Positions 1-7,517 of a stretch of 48,888 nucleotides of DNA are shown here, piece by piece (position 1 is the first letter of the stretch; the number at the start of each line of letters is the position of its first letter). The stretch covers positions 1 through 48,888 of the forward strand of contig JBLIRO010000037.1 of the NCBI GenBank assembly GCA_049472335.1, read 5' to 3'. Both the position numbers and the translations under genes were made by a program. Under the pieces are notes generated by a model. The model made no database searches, was not told where the DNA came from, and saw only the letters and a list, made by a program, of their open reading frames with translations. The stretch comes from a bacterium. Its GTDB lineage: Bacteria; SZUA-182; DTGQ01; JAFGSM01.

Positions 1-55
1 AAGTATGTTTATGTATGTTATAAATGTTATAAAATATCCAAAAAAGGATGAATAT

Positions 56-235
56 ATGGAAAAGGAATTTTTAACATTAAAAGAAATTTCAGAACTTCTT
101 CGTATGAGCCAAACTCAAATAGTGAGAATGGCGAAATCTGGGAAGATACCTAGTTATAAGATTGGAGCAAGAAGGCTTTTTAAAAGAGAAGAAATTGACA
201 AATGGCTTGAAAATTATAAAGACATAAAAAAGTAG
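56..235 (+). CDS. Excisionase-like helix-turn-helix DNA-binding protein (HTH_17/MerR-like)
   Basis: FLTLKEISELLRMSQTQIVRMAKSGKIPSYKIGARRLFKREEIDKWL is a typical xis-family pattern; AAGGA RBS precedes ATG 56 (ORF track start 5 is probably too far upstream). Confidence 0.85.
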   Translation: MEKEFLTLKEISELLRMSQTQIVRMAKSGKIPSYKIGARRLFKREEIDKWLENYKDIKK

Positions 236-237
236 TC

Positions 238-356
238 GGTCCCAAGTGATATCTAGCACATATCACTTGGAACCTGGCCGTACCAGTCCAAACCGGAGTC
301 CTACTGGCACGGTTGATATAATCTACCAAACGGACTCCTCCTTGTAAAGGAGGTCC
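238..356 (+). promoter_or_regulatory. Three-hairpin structured leader, the last hairpin sequestering the RBS of the gene at 360
   Basis: CCAAGTGATAT(242-252)/ATATCACTTGG(260-270); CCGTaCCAGT(278-287)/ACTGGcACGG(303-312); CCTCCTT(337-343)/AAGGAGG(347-353). Confidence 0.6.
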
Positions 357-359
357 ATC

Positions 360-608
360 ATGAAAGGCTGTAGGCCACTCTCCAATGATGAGCTGAAAAA
401 GGCTCTCAAATCTTTTGAAGATATTAATCGCATCCGCAAAAAAACATATTTTGCTTTAGGCTGTAACACTGCCTATAAATGTTCCGGAATCCTTCCTTTA
501 CACGTAAAAGATGTATGTCAGTATGGCTGTGTCATTGAAACTTTCACCATTCAGCACAAAAACACAAAATCCAAAAAGAAGATTCGAAGAAAGATATTGC
601 GAGGATGA
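360..608 (+). pseudogene. Truncated, decayed tyrosine recombinase (catalytic-domain-only type)
   Basis: MKGCRPLSNDEL...YFALGCNTAYKCSGILPLHVKDV resembles box I (LFxLGxxTGxRxSELLxLxVxDV) but the catalytic Arg is lost and the ORF stops at 82 aa. Confidence 0.65.
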
Positions 609-680
609 AATCGCAATTTGATTCGTTGCTGTCAAAAAACATGGACTATTTAATATTTGCTTTAGATGAATTGAGGAGAT

Positions 681-3233
681 ATGAAACATCAAAATCTTGC
701 TCAGGAAATTAAATCCCGTATCAATATCATAAATCTAATTGAGGATTTTGGAGTTAAATTAGATAAATCAGGCAGTTTTTACAAAGGACTGTGTCCGTTT
801 CATAATGATACTCAGGCAAGCCTTTCAGTAAATCCAAATAAACAACTGTTCAAATGTTTTGGCTGCAATGCTGCTGGAGACATTTTCAATTTTTACATGA
901 AAAAAGAAAATGTCGATTTTAATACAGCACTTGCAAGACTTGCCGAGAAAATCGGACTTAAACTGACAGGGAAGAAAAAAACTGATTATGGCTGCAAACT
1001 CAGTGATTATGCAAATTTAAAACAATTGCCAATCGAATTTCTTATGTCATTGGGGCTCAAACAAACTCACCATTTCGGCAAGCCTATCATGGTAATACCT
1101 TATTTAAACGAAGACGGCAAACCTTTCTCTATTCAGTATAGAGAAGCATTATACAAATCGGACGGCAAAGACAATAGATTCAGATTTCAGAAAGGTCAGC
1201 ATGTTTTTCTTTATGGTGTCTGGCGATTAAAAGAATTCAAAAAAGATTATGTTGTATTGGTTGAAGGTGCATCTGATTGTCATACATGTTGGTATAAAGG
1301 TATACAAGCAGTAGGTATACCAGGTGCAAGTTCTTGGCAAGAAGAATGGGCCAAATATTTCGAGGGCTTTCAAAAGATTTATTTTTGGGAAGAACCGGAT
1401 TCCGGAGGTAAAACAGCTTATGAGAAGCTTAATAAATCATCATTGAAAGACCGCTTATTACGAATAAAGCATGATAGCTGTAAAGATGCGAGCGAATTAT
1501 ATTTATCTGACAAGGATAATTTTGTTGAAAATTTTAATATTGTTCTTGATTTGGCAGAACCTTGGCCTGATCAAAATAACTCTAAAGTAGATGAAAAGCC
1601 TGAAAAAGAAGAGCAGGGAAAGACAAAGCCGGATTCAAAATCAAAGATATTAATAAATTTAGTCCTATCAGATCCTAAAATTGTTCTTTTTCACGATGAA
1701 AAACAATCAGGTTATGCACAGTTGGATAATCAAATAATATTGCTCAGGTCAAGACTTTTTAAAAATTATATAAGAAAGAAATTATGGGAATTATTAAATG
1801 ATACATGTAGTGAAGAATCATTAAAATCAGCCATAGGAGTTCTAGAAGCAAAAGCCATATTCGATAATGAATTGCATGAACTATTTGTCAGGACAGCACA
1901 GAAAGACGACAAATATTTCTATGACCTTGGAGGGGGGAGAGTTGCATGTTTTGAAAAAGGTAGGGATTGGACGATACTCGACCACACACCTATCCTGTTT
2001 AGGTCTTTTTCTCATCAGAAAGATCAAGTTATGCCAAAGGAGCCGGGTGATATAAAGAAGGTATTAAGATATTTAAATTTCACTGATGAGAAACAAAAGT
2101 TACTGTATTTATGCTATTTGGTGACTTGTCTAGTGCCAGACATTCCACATCCTATTATTGTGATAACTGGTGAACAAGGCTCAGGCAAGACAACATTTTT
2201 TAAAATAACAAAGCCTATAATTGACCCATCACATGTAAAAACTGTCAGTACTTTCTCTGATGGACGTGAGTTTGTACAGGCAGCATTTCATCACTATTTA
2301 ATGTTTCTGGATAATCTGACTCACCTTTCTAAGTGGCAGGAAGATGCCCTATGTCGATTCAGTACTGGTGAAGGATTTACAAAAAGAGAATTATTTTCTG
2401 ACGATGATGATATTTTCTATTCGTTTAGAAGATGTGCAGGCATAAACGGTATAAATCTTGTCACAGACAGACCTGACGTATTAGATAGGTCAATTATATT
2501 TTCCATGGACCATATCAATGAATCAAAAAGAAAAAGTGAAAGAAAAATAATACAAGAGTTTGAGAAAGACCTGCCTTATATTCTTCAAGGCGTGTTTGAT
2601 ACATTCTCAAAAGCGATTGAGTCCGTGGATAATATTGTACTCAATTGCAAGCCAAGAATGGCTGACTTTTCGATATGGGGTTCCGCTATCGCTAAGGTAC
2701 TAGGATATGAGCAAGGAGAGTTTTTAGATGCCTATAAAGAGAACATCAACATGCAGAACCAGGAGGCAATAGATGCATCTCCTATTGGAAAGGCAATTAT
2801 TAACTATATGGACGGCAAAAGTGAAACAGAATGGGAAACACCGGATTTTCTTTTATCGCTTTTAAAAGACGAGGCTGAAAGGCTAAAGATTGATATATCT
2901 CAGAAGTATTGGCCTAAAGATGCAAGATGGTTGTGGCGCAGGATTAAAGAAGTATCCACAAATTTAAGAGCAATGGGTATAGTGGCAAAAAGAGATGATG
3001 CTAAAAAGGGAACAGAAGGCAGGTTAATTAAATTAGAGCGTATTATCTCAAAGAATTCTGGAAATGATGTCTCTGTTGTCTCTAATGCTTTAAAACAAAA
3101 AAATCAAAACGTTATTAAAGACAATACAAGTTTTGATGTTGTCTCTGATATATCTGATATCGAGCTTAGAGATGACACGACAGAGAATAAAGACGACACA
3201 AATTTCGATATTGTCTCTGATAACTTATTGTAA
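681..3233 (+). CDS. Primase-helicase fusion: CHC2 zinc finger + Toprim + C-terminal P-loop NTPase (SF3-like helicase)
   Basis: CPFHND...CFGC zinc finger; VLVEGASD and EEPD Toprim motifs; GEQGSGKT Walker A and MFLDN Walker B; RBS GAGGAG. Confidence 0.9.
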   Translation: MKHQNLAQEIKSRINIINLIEDFGVKLDKSGSFYKGLCPFHNDTQASLSVNPNKQLFKCFGCNAAGDIFNFYMKKENVDFNTALARLAEKIGLKLTGKKKTDYGCKLSDYANLKQLPIEFLMSLGLKQTHHFGKPIMVIPYLNEDGKPFSIQYREALYKSDGKDNRFRFQKGQHVFLYGVWRLKEFKKDYVVLVEGASDCHTCWYKGIQAVGIPGASSWQEEWAKYFEGFQKIYFWEEPDSGGKTAYEKLNKSSLKDRLLRIKHDSCKDASELYLSDKDNFVENFNIVLDLAEPWPDQNNSKVDEKPEKEEQGKTKPDSKSKILINLVLSDPKIVLFHDEKQSGYAQLDNQIILLRSRLFKNYIRKKLWELLNDTCSEESLKSAIGVLEAKAIFDNELHELFVRTAQKDDKYFYDLGGGRVACFEKGRDWTILDHTPILFRSFSHQKDQVMPKEPGDIKKVLRYLNFTDEKQKLLYLCYLVTCLVPDIPHPIIVITGEQGSGKTTFFKITKPIIDPSHVKTVSTFSDGREFVQAAFHHYLMFLDNLTHLSKWQEDALCRFSTGEGFTKRELFSDDDDIFYSFRRCAGINGINLVTDRPDVLDRSIIFSMDHINESKRKSERKIIQEFEKDLPYILQGVFDTFSKAIESVDNIVLNCKPRMADFSIWGSAIAKVLGYEQGEFLDAYKENINMQNQEAIDASPIGKAIINYMDGKSETEWETPDFLLSLLKDEAERLKIDISQKYWPKDARWLWRRIKEVSTNLRAMGIVAKRDDAKKGTEGRLIKLERIISKNSGNDVSVVSNALKQKNQNVIKDNTSFDVVSDISDIELRDDTTENKDDTNFDIVSDNLL

Positions 3234-3270
3234 AAATAATGCATCGGACAATAAAGACAACAAAGACATC
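3066..3270. repeat. Iteron-like 9-bp-period repeats in both orientations at the 3' end of the primase-helicase (putative replication origin)
   Basis: GATGTCTCTGTTGTCTCTAATG (3066) vs reverse complement of 3249-3270 GATGTCTTTGTTGTCTTTATTG (19/22); further TTGTCTCTGATA copies near 3139 and 3211. Confidence 0.6.
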
Positions 3271-3419
3271 ATTAAAGGTATCACAAAAAGAACTGTTAAA
3301 AGATGCTTAGGGCAATTAACAATTTTGATATGAAACAGTGTAATGGCCCTGTGAAAGCGGGGACAGATCCTGATCTTTATAGACAATTCATTAACTTGCA
3401 TGAAGCTATCTTTTCCAAT

Positions 3420-3449
3420 TTGACATCCCTTTTTGGAAGGTTGCATAAT
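3420..3449 (+). promoter_or_regulatory. Sigma-70-type promoter for the integrase, overlapped by a palindrome
   Basis: TTGACA-N18-CATAAT; GGTTGC(3439-3444)...GCAACC(3455-3460) overlaps the -10. Confidence 0.55.
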
Positions 3450-3479
3450 GTATCGCAACCGGAAGAAGGGGGGATGTGT

Positions 3480-4679
3480 ATGAAAGGAAAAGTACGCACA
3501 AAACAGAAATGTGTTAAATGCAATGGTAAATACGAAGAAGGCATCATATTAAATCAGGCTGATTTGTGGTGTCCAAAATGTTTAACACATCCGACACGTT
3601 ATTTTGTGGATATTTGCTGGAAACGGCAATATAAGCTTTATTCAGATCAAAACGGGAGAATCTTGGGCAGTTACGAGCTTGCATCAAGACTACTCAATGA
3701 AATAAGGCAAAAGATTGACAAGCACACATTTGATCCGAAGGATTATATCACAAGCACTATCAAACCGCTTCAATTCGAGACCAATATATATGAATGGCTT
3801 CAGAGGCAACAAAAAAGACTTGATCTCGATGATATTGCACCTTCCTATTACGAAAAAATCGAGCATATTACAAAAAATTACTTTATTCCCTATTTTCTGA
3901 AAAGGGATGTAAGAGATATTCGCACTGCTGATATACAGGACTTCCAATTAAGCCTGCCAGCGAAACTCAAGCCTAAAACGCAACTGAATATCATGTCATT
4001 GCTTCATAAATACTTTAGGGACCTCTATGACCGCGAGGAAATAAAACGGATGCCGAAATTCAAAAGGATAGAGGTGCCGGATCCTCATTGGAACTGGGTT
4101 GATGTTGAAGAGCAAGAGGCCATATTCATCCATATTCCGGAAAAACATAAGCCCATATTTACTTTTATGATGTTTCAGGGATGCAGGCCTGGGGAGGCAC
4201 GGGCCCTATGGCGGGAGGATATAAATTTTAATGAAGGCACGGCCATTATAAGGCGCAGTTTTTCGAATGATGTCTATAGAAAAACAACAAAAACCAAGCG
4301 TGAAAGGCTCATTCCGTTACATGTAGAAGTTTTGGCAATGCTTAAAAAACTTCCTATTCTGAAAGGCTTTATTTTTATTGATTCCACCACAGGGAAACGT
4401 TACCGAAAATACAAACTGAATCGAATATTCGATAGAGCAAGAAGGCTTGCAGGCATTGAAAACCTCACTTTGTATCAATGGTCAAAACATTCCTTCTGTT
4501 CACAGGCCATAAATCGAGGCGTGCCACATAAATTGGTAAATGAGATGGTAGGTACGAAATCGGAACGCTCTTCACGTCGCTACCAGCATGTTAATGTAAC
4601 AGGGCTTAAATTGACCTTGAGGCCGAAAGCGAAGATTTTAGAAATGGAAGGCAGAAAAGATAAGAGGAATAAAGAGTGA
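3480..4679 (+). CDS. Tyrosine recombinase/integrase with N-terminal CxxC...CxxC zinc-ribbon-like region
   Basis: GCRPGEARAL box I, KTTKT Lys loop, LYQWSKHSF and SSRRYQH box II; purine-rich RBS before ATG 3480; adjacent to tRNA 3' end. Confidence 0.9.
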   Translation: MKGKVRTKQKCVKCNGKYEEGIILNQADLWCPKCLTHPTRYFVDICWKRQYKLYSDQNGRILGSYELASRLLNEIRQKIDKHTFDPKDYITSTIKPLQFETNIYEWLQRQQKRLDLDDIAPSYYEKIEHITKNYFIPYFLKRDVRDIRTADIQDFQLSLPAKLKPKTQLNIMSLLHKYFRDLYDREEIKRMPKFKRIEVPDPHWNWVDVEEQEAIFIHIPEKHKPIFTFMMFQGCRPGEARALWREDINFNEGTAIIRRSFSNDVYRKTTKTKRERLIPLHVEVLAMLKKLPILKGFIFIDSTTGKRYRKYKLNRIFDRARRLAGIENLTLYQWSKHSFCSQAINRGVPHKLVNEMVGTKSERSSRRYQHVNVTGLKLTLRPKAKILEMEGRKDKRNKE

Positions 4680-4730
4680 TTATCCCCCAATTATCCCCAA
4701 AGAAAAAAATGAAATTGCAACTTATTGAAA
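4680..4730. promoter_or_regulatory. att arm: tandem integrase arm-type repeats and an IHF site
   Basis: TTATCCCCCAA(4680-4690) and TTATCCCCAA(4691-4700) direct repeats; CAACTTATTGAAA(4718-4730) is close to the reverse complement of the IHF consensus WATCAANNNNTTR. Confidence 0.65.
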
Positions 4731-4743
4731 ATAAAATGAATAT

Positions 4744-4818
4744 TGGCAGCGCTACGGGGAATCGAACCCCGGTCTGATGGCTGAGAACCACCTGTCCTAA
4801 CCTCTAGACGATAGCGCC
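4744..4818 (-). tRNA. tRNA-Glu (anticodon CTC), CCA encoded; probable integration target
   Basis: GGCGCTATCGTCTAGAGGTTAGGACAGGTGGTTCTCAGCCATCAGACCGGGGTTCGATTCCCCGTAGCGCTGCCA folds as a cloverleaf. Confidence 0.97.
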
Positions 4819-4837
4819 ACGGATTTTTTGTAGATAT

Positions 4838-4911
4838 TGGCTGCTGGACCAGGATTCGAACCTGGACTAGGTGATCCAGAGTCACCCGGCCTACCATTAG
4901 CCGATCCAGCA
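4838..4911 (-). tRNA. tRNA-Gln (anticodon CTG), CCA encoded, U1-A72 pair
   Basis: TGCTGGATCGGCTAATGGTAGGCCGGGTGACTCTGGATCACCTAGTCCAGGTTCGAATCCTGGTCCAGCAGCCA folds as a cloverleaf. Confidence 0.97.
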
Positions 4912-4922
4912 GCAAATATATA

Positions 4923-6410
4923 TTATAATTTACTTTTTTCTATGAAGCTAATAGCCTTCTCAATCCTTTTGAGGACCTTCTCCTTGCCAAGCAGGGAGAG
5001 TGTTTCAAAAATACCGGGACTGGCTGTCCTGCCGGTCACAGCCGCCCGCAACGGATGAGCAACAATCCCAAATTTAATCCCTGATTCAGAGATCAACTCT
5101 TCACATGCCTTTTCTAACTCGTCATGTGTAAAAAATTTTAGCATAGAGAAGCGTTCTTGTAAAGAATGCATAATATGGATTGCTTCCGGCTCTTTTGTTA
5201 GTTTTTCAACGGCATCAGGTGTATAAGAAATCTCATCCTGCCAAAAATAGCTTGTAAGGTCAATAACATCGGTTATGTTTTTCATTCTCGGCTGAACAAT
5301 GGACAGGACCTTTCTTAACTGATCGTCGTCCGCGAAATTTTCCCCGAAGCTCTGCTGCAGAAGAGGCTTGCATAGATCGGCCAACTGGTCCGGAGCGAGG
5401 TCCCTCAGATATACCCCGTTCATCCAGACCAGTTTCTGGTTGTCAAAAATGGCCGCACGTTTGCTGACACTCTTTAATGAAAACTTCTCAATCAATTCGT
5501 TTAAACTGAATAGGGTCTGTTTATCATCAAAGGCCCATCCAAGAAGCGCCAGGTAGTTGACCATTGCCTCGGGTAAATATCCCATATCACGATATGCGCT
5601 TATGGCTGTGGCACCATGACGTTTGCTCAACCTTTGCCCATCAGGCCCCAGGATCATGGGGATATGGGCGTAAACCGGAGGGCTTTCTCCCAGTCCCTGA
5701 TAAATTAGTATCTGTTTTGGGGTATTGGATATATGATCATCTCCCCTTATCACATGGCTTATCTTCATCTCAATATCATCAGCGACCACTGTAAAATTAT
5801 AGGTCGGTGTACCATCAGACCGGACAATGATGAAATCGTCAAGCTCGGCATTGCTCACTGCCACTTTTTTACGAATGAGGTCTTTAAATGCCGTATAACC
5901 ATCGGTGGGGACCTTAAAACGGATGGCTGCGGGTTCTCCGTCTGCCAGTCTCCTCTTCACCTCATCCGGGTCCAGGTTTTTACAGCGTCCGTCATATCCG
6001 TATGTGGCCTTCGTTTTCTCGGCCTCTCTCCTTCTCTCCTCCAATTCTTCCGGTGTACAAAAACACTGATATGCCTTACCCGATGCAAGAAGAGACTCAT
6101 AAAGCCGATTATAGCTTGCCCTTCTTTCACTCTGAAAATAAGGTCCGTATGGGCCACCCTTTTCGGGGCCCTCATCCCAATCCAAGCCCAGCCAACGCAT
6201 ATCATTAAGGATCTGCTTTGTATAGGTTTCCTCGGACCGGGTTACATCAGTGTCTTCGATCCTGAGGATAAATGCACCTCCGTTACCTCTTGCAAACAGC
6301 CAGTTGTATAAAGCTGTTCTGGCCCCGCCTAAATGCAGGTAACCGGTCGGACTTGGAGCGAAACGCACCCTAATGGGAATATCTGTTCTCTCCTGTATAT
6401 GTGTTTCCAT
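4923..6410 (-). CDS. gltX: Glutamate--tRNA ligase
   Basis: RFAPSPTGYLHLGG (HIGH), LRIEDTD, CFC...YDGRC zinc motif, RLSKR (KMSKS). Confidence 0.97.
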   Translation of the reverse strand: METHIQERTDIPIRVRFAPSPTGYLHLGGARTALYNWLFARGNGGAFILRIEDTDVTRSEETYTKQILNDMRWLGLDWDEGPEKGGPYGPYFQSERRASYNRLYESLLASGKAYQCFCTPEELEERRREAEKTKATYGYDGRCKNLDPDEVKRRLADGEPAAIRFKVPTDGYTAFKDLIRKKVAVSNAELDDFIIVRSDGTPTYNFTVVADDIEMKISHVIRGDDHISNTPKQILIYQGLGESPPVYAHIPMILGPDGQRLSKRHGATAISAYRDMGYLPEAMVNYLALLGWAFDDKQTLFSLNELIEKFSLKSVSKRAAIFDNQKLVWMNGVYLRDLAPDQLADLCKPLLQQSFGENFADDDQLRKVLSIVQPRMKNITDVIDLTSYFWQDEISYTPDAVEKLTKEPEAIHIMHSLQERFSMLKFFTHDELEKACEELISESGIKFGIVAHPLRAAVTGRTASPGIFETLSLLGKEKVLKRIEKAISFIEKSKL

Positions 6411-6547
6411 AAAACCCCTTTTTTTAATATTAATTATCGGTAGGGAGAATAATCGTTTTCAGATTTATATTAACATGAGGGACAGAATGTTGTAAATCGA
6501 TCAATCTCTCTAAAAGATTAGCATATTACTACCGATTTTTATCTCTT

Positions 6548-6976
6548 TCAATCTTCCAGAAAAGGGAGGGGGTTATCCTTGCGATAGACCATGGCCTGAC
6601 AGTTGGCTATCAACGCTCCCTCTTCATCCCTTACTTCAATCGCGTAAGTACCAGTCCTGCGGGTTAAATTTATTTCCCTAGCCTCGGCCCTCAATATACA
6701 CCCGAATCTGGGAGACCTGAAATAGGAGATATTCATGTTCAGCGCTACTGCCACTGTACCATGAGAGTTGGCTGATGCCTGAAATGCCTGATCCATAAGA
6801 GAGAATATGGCGCCTCCATGGACTATTCCAAGGCTGTTTTGCAACCTCTCTGTCACATCCATTTCCACTAATGCATAACCGGGCTTGAGGTCCTTTAGTC
6901 TGAAACCAAAGATCCTGCCAAAGGGTTCCCCGGAGATCTCTGCAGAGAGTCTTTCTAATACCTTTGTTTCTGTCAT
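6548..6976 (-). CDS. PaaI-family hotdog thioesterase
   Basis: NSLGIVHGGAIFSLMD, ASNSHG...AVALNMNISY. Confidence 0.9.
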   Translation of the reverse strand: MTETKVLERLSAEISGEPFGRIFGFRLKDLKPGYALVEMDVTERLQNSLGIVHGGAIFSLMDQAFQASANSHGTVAVALNMNISYFRSPRFGCILRAEAREINLTRRTGTYAIEVRDEEGALIANCQAMVYRKDNPLPFLED

Positions 6977-7046
6977 TTTTTTCTCCCACTCATATTAATG
7001 ATAGGTCTTTTCAAGCCTTACAACATATAACATTCGGAAACTAATC

Positions 7047-7194
7047 ATGTTGCGTTAAAAAAAATAATGCAACATAAATTAGCAAATATTGCATCATTAA
7101 GCATTTTTTTTAAAAATGGATAATCTTTTAGATGAAGTTTAACAACCGATCTTTCTTGTATCGTCTGTATATTTTAACAGGCATTGTAATTGCA
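7047..7194 (+). promoter_or_regulatory. Sigma-54 (-24/-12) promoter with an upstream palindromic enhancer-like site
   Basis: AGGCATTGTAATTGCA (7179-7194; GG-N10-GC); ATGTTGC-N15-GCAACAT palindrome at 7047-7075. Confidence 0.6.
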
Positions 7195-7224
7195 CAATAA
7201 AAAAATATAAACATGAATTAATAC

Positions 7225-7438
7225 AGGTCTGGGAGTCGGAGATTATTCGCTTTACATCTGTGTTTTTACATTAATTTTTTAGCGAAAGTTTGATTTTTAT
7301 CTCGACTGCAAGAATCCTTTTAAGAGCTCATATTGAAATTGTTGACGTAAGGTTATAGTAGTATTTGCAGTCATTGTTTTTTCTTCAGTTTATAACCTCC
7401 ATCTGCTGGCCTTTTCACCTCCTTTAACTCCCAGGCCT
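7225..7438 (+). ncRNA. Candidate structured sRNA downstream of the sigma-54 promoter
   Basis: Closing stem AGGTCTGGGAGT/ACTCCCAGGCCT, several internal stems, anti-SD CACCTCCTT; no long ORF on +. Confidence 0.35.
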
Positions 7439-7517
7439 TATTTTATCCGCTTAGAATTTTGTATTTTAATCCGGGGACTTTATATCCAATCTTTTGAACT
7501 CAATCCATAAAATGACT

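Larger units (their letters stand above)
1..4743. mobile_element. tRNA-proximal end of an integrative element (satellite/IME-like: xis, primase-helicase, tyrosine integrase); the other end lies outside the window
   Basis: HTH excisionase-like gene, CHC2-Toprim-P-loop replicase and integrase abut the 3' CCA end of tRNA-Glu; arm-type repeats and an IHF site lie between integrase and tRNA; visibly AT-richer than gltX. Confidence 0.85.

Noticed and set aside
3303..3479. 59-aa N-terminal extension of the integrase in the ORF track
   Set aside because: It spans a promoter (3420-3449), and the RBS supports ATG 3480.
4606..5058. Short minus-strand ORFs 4606-4791, 4691-4915 and plus-strand 4837-5058
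   Set aside because: They overlap tRNA genes, the att region or gltX; spurious translations.
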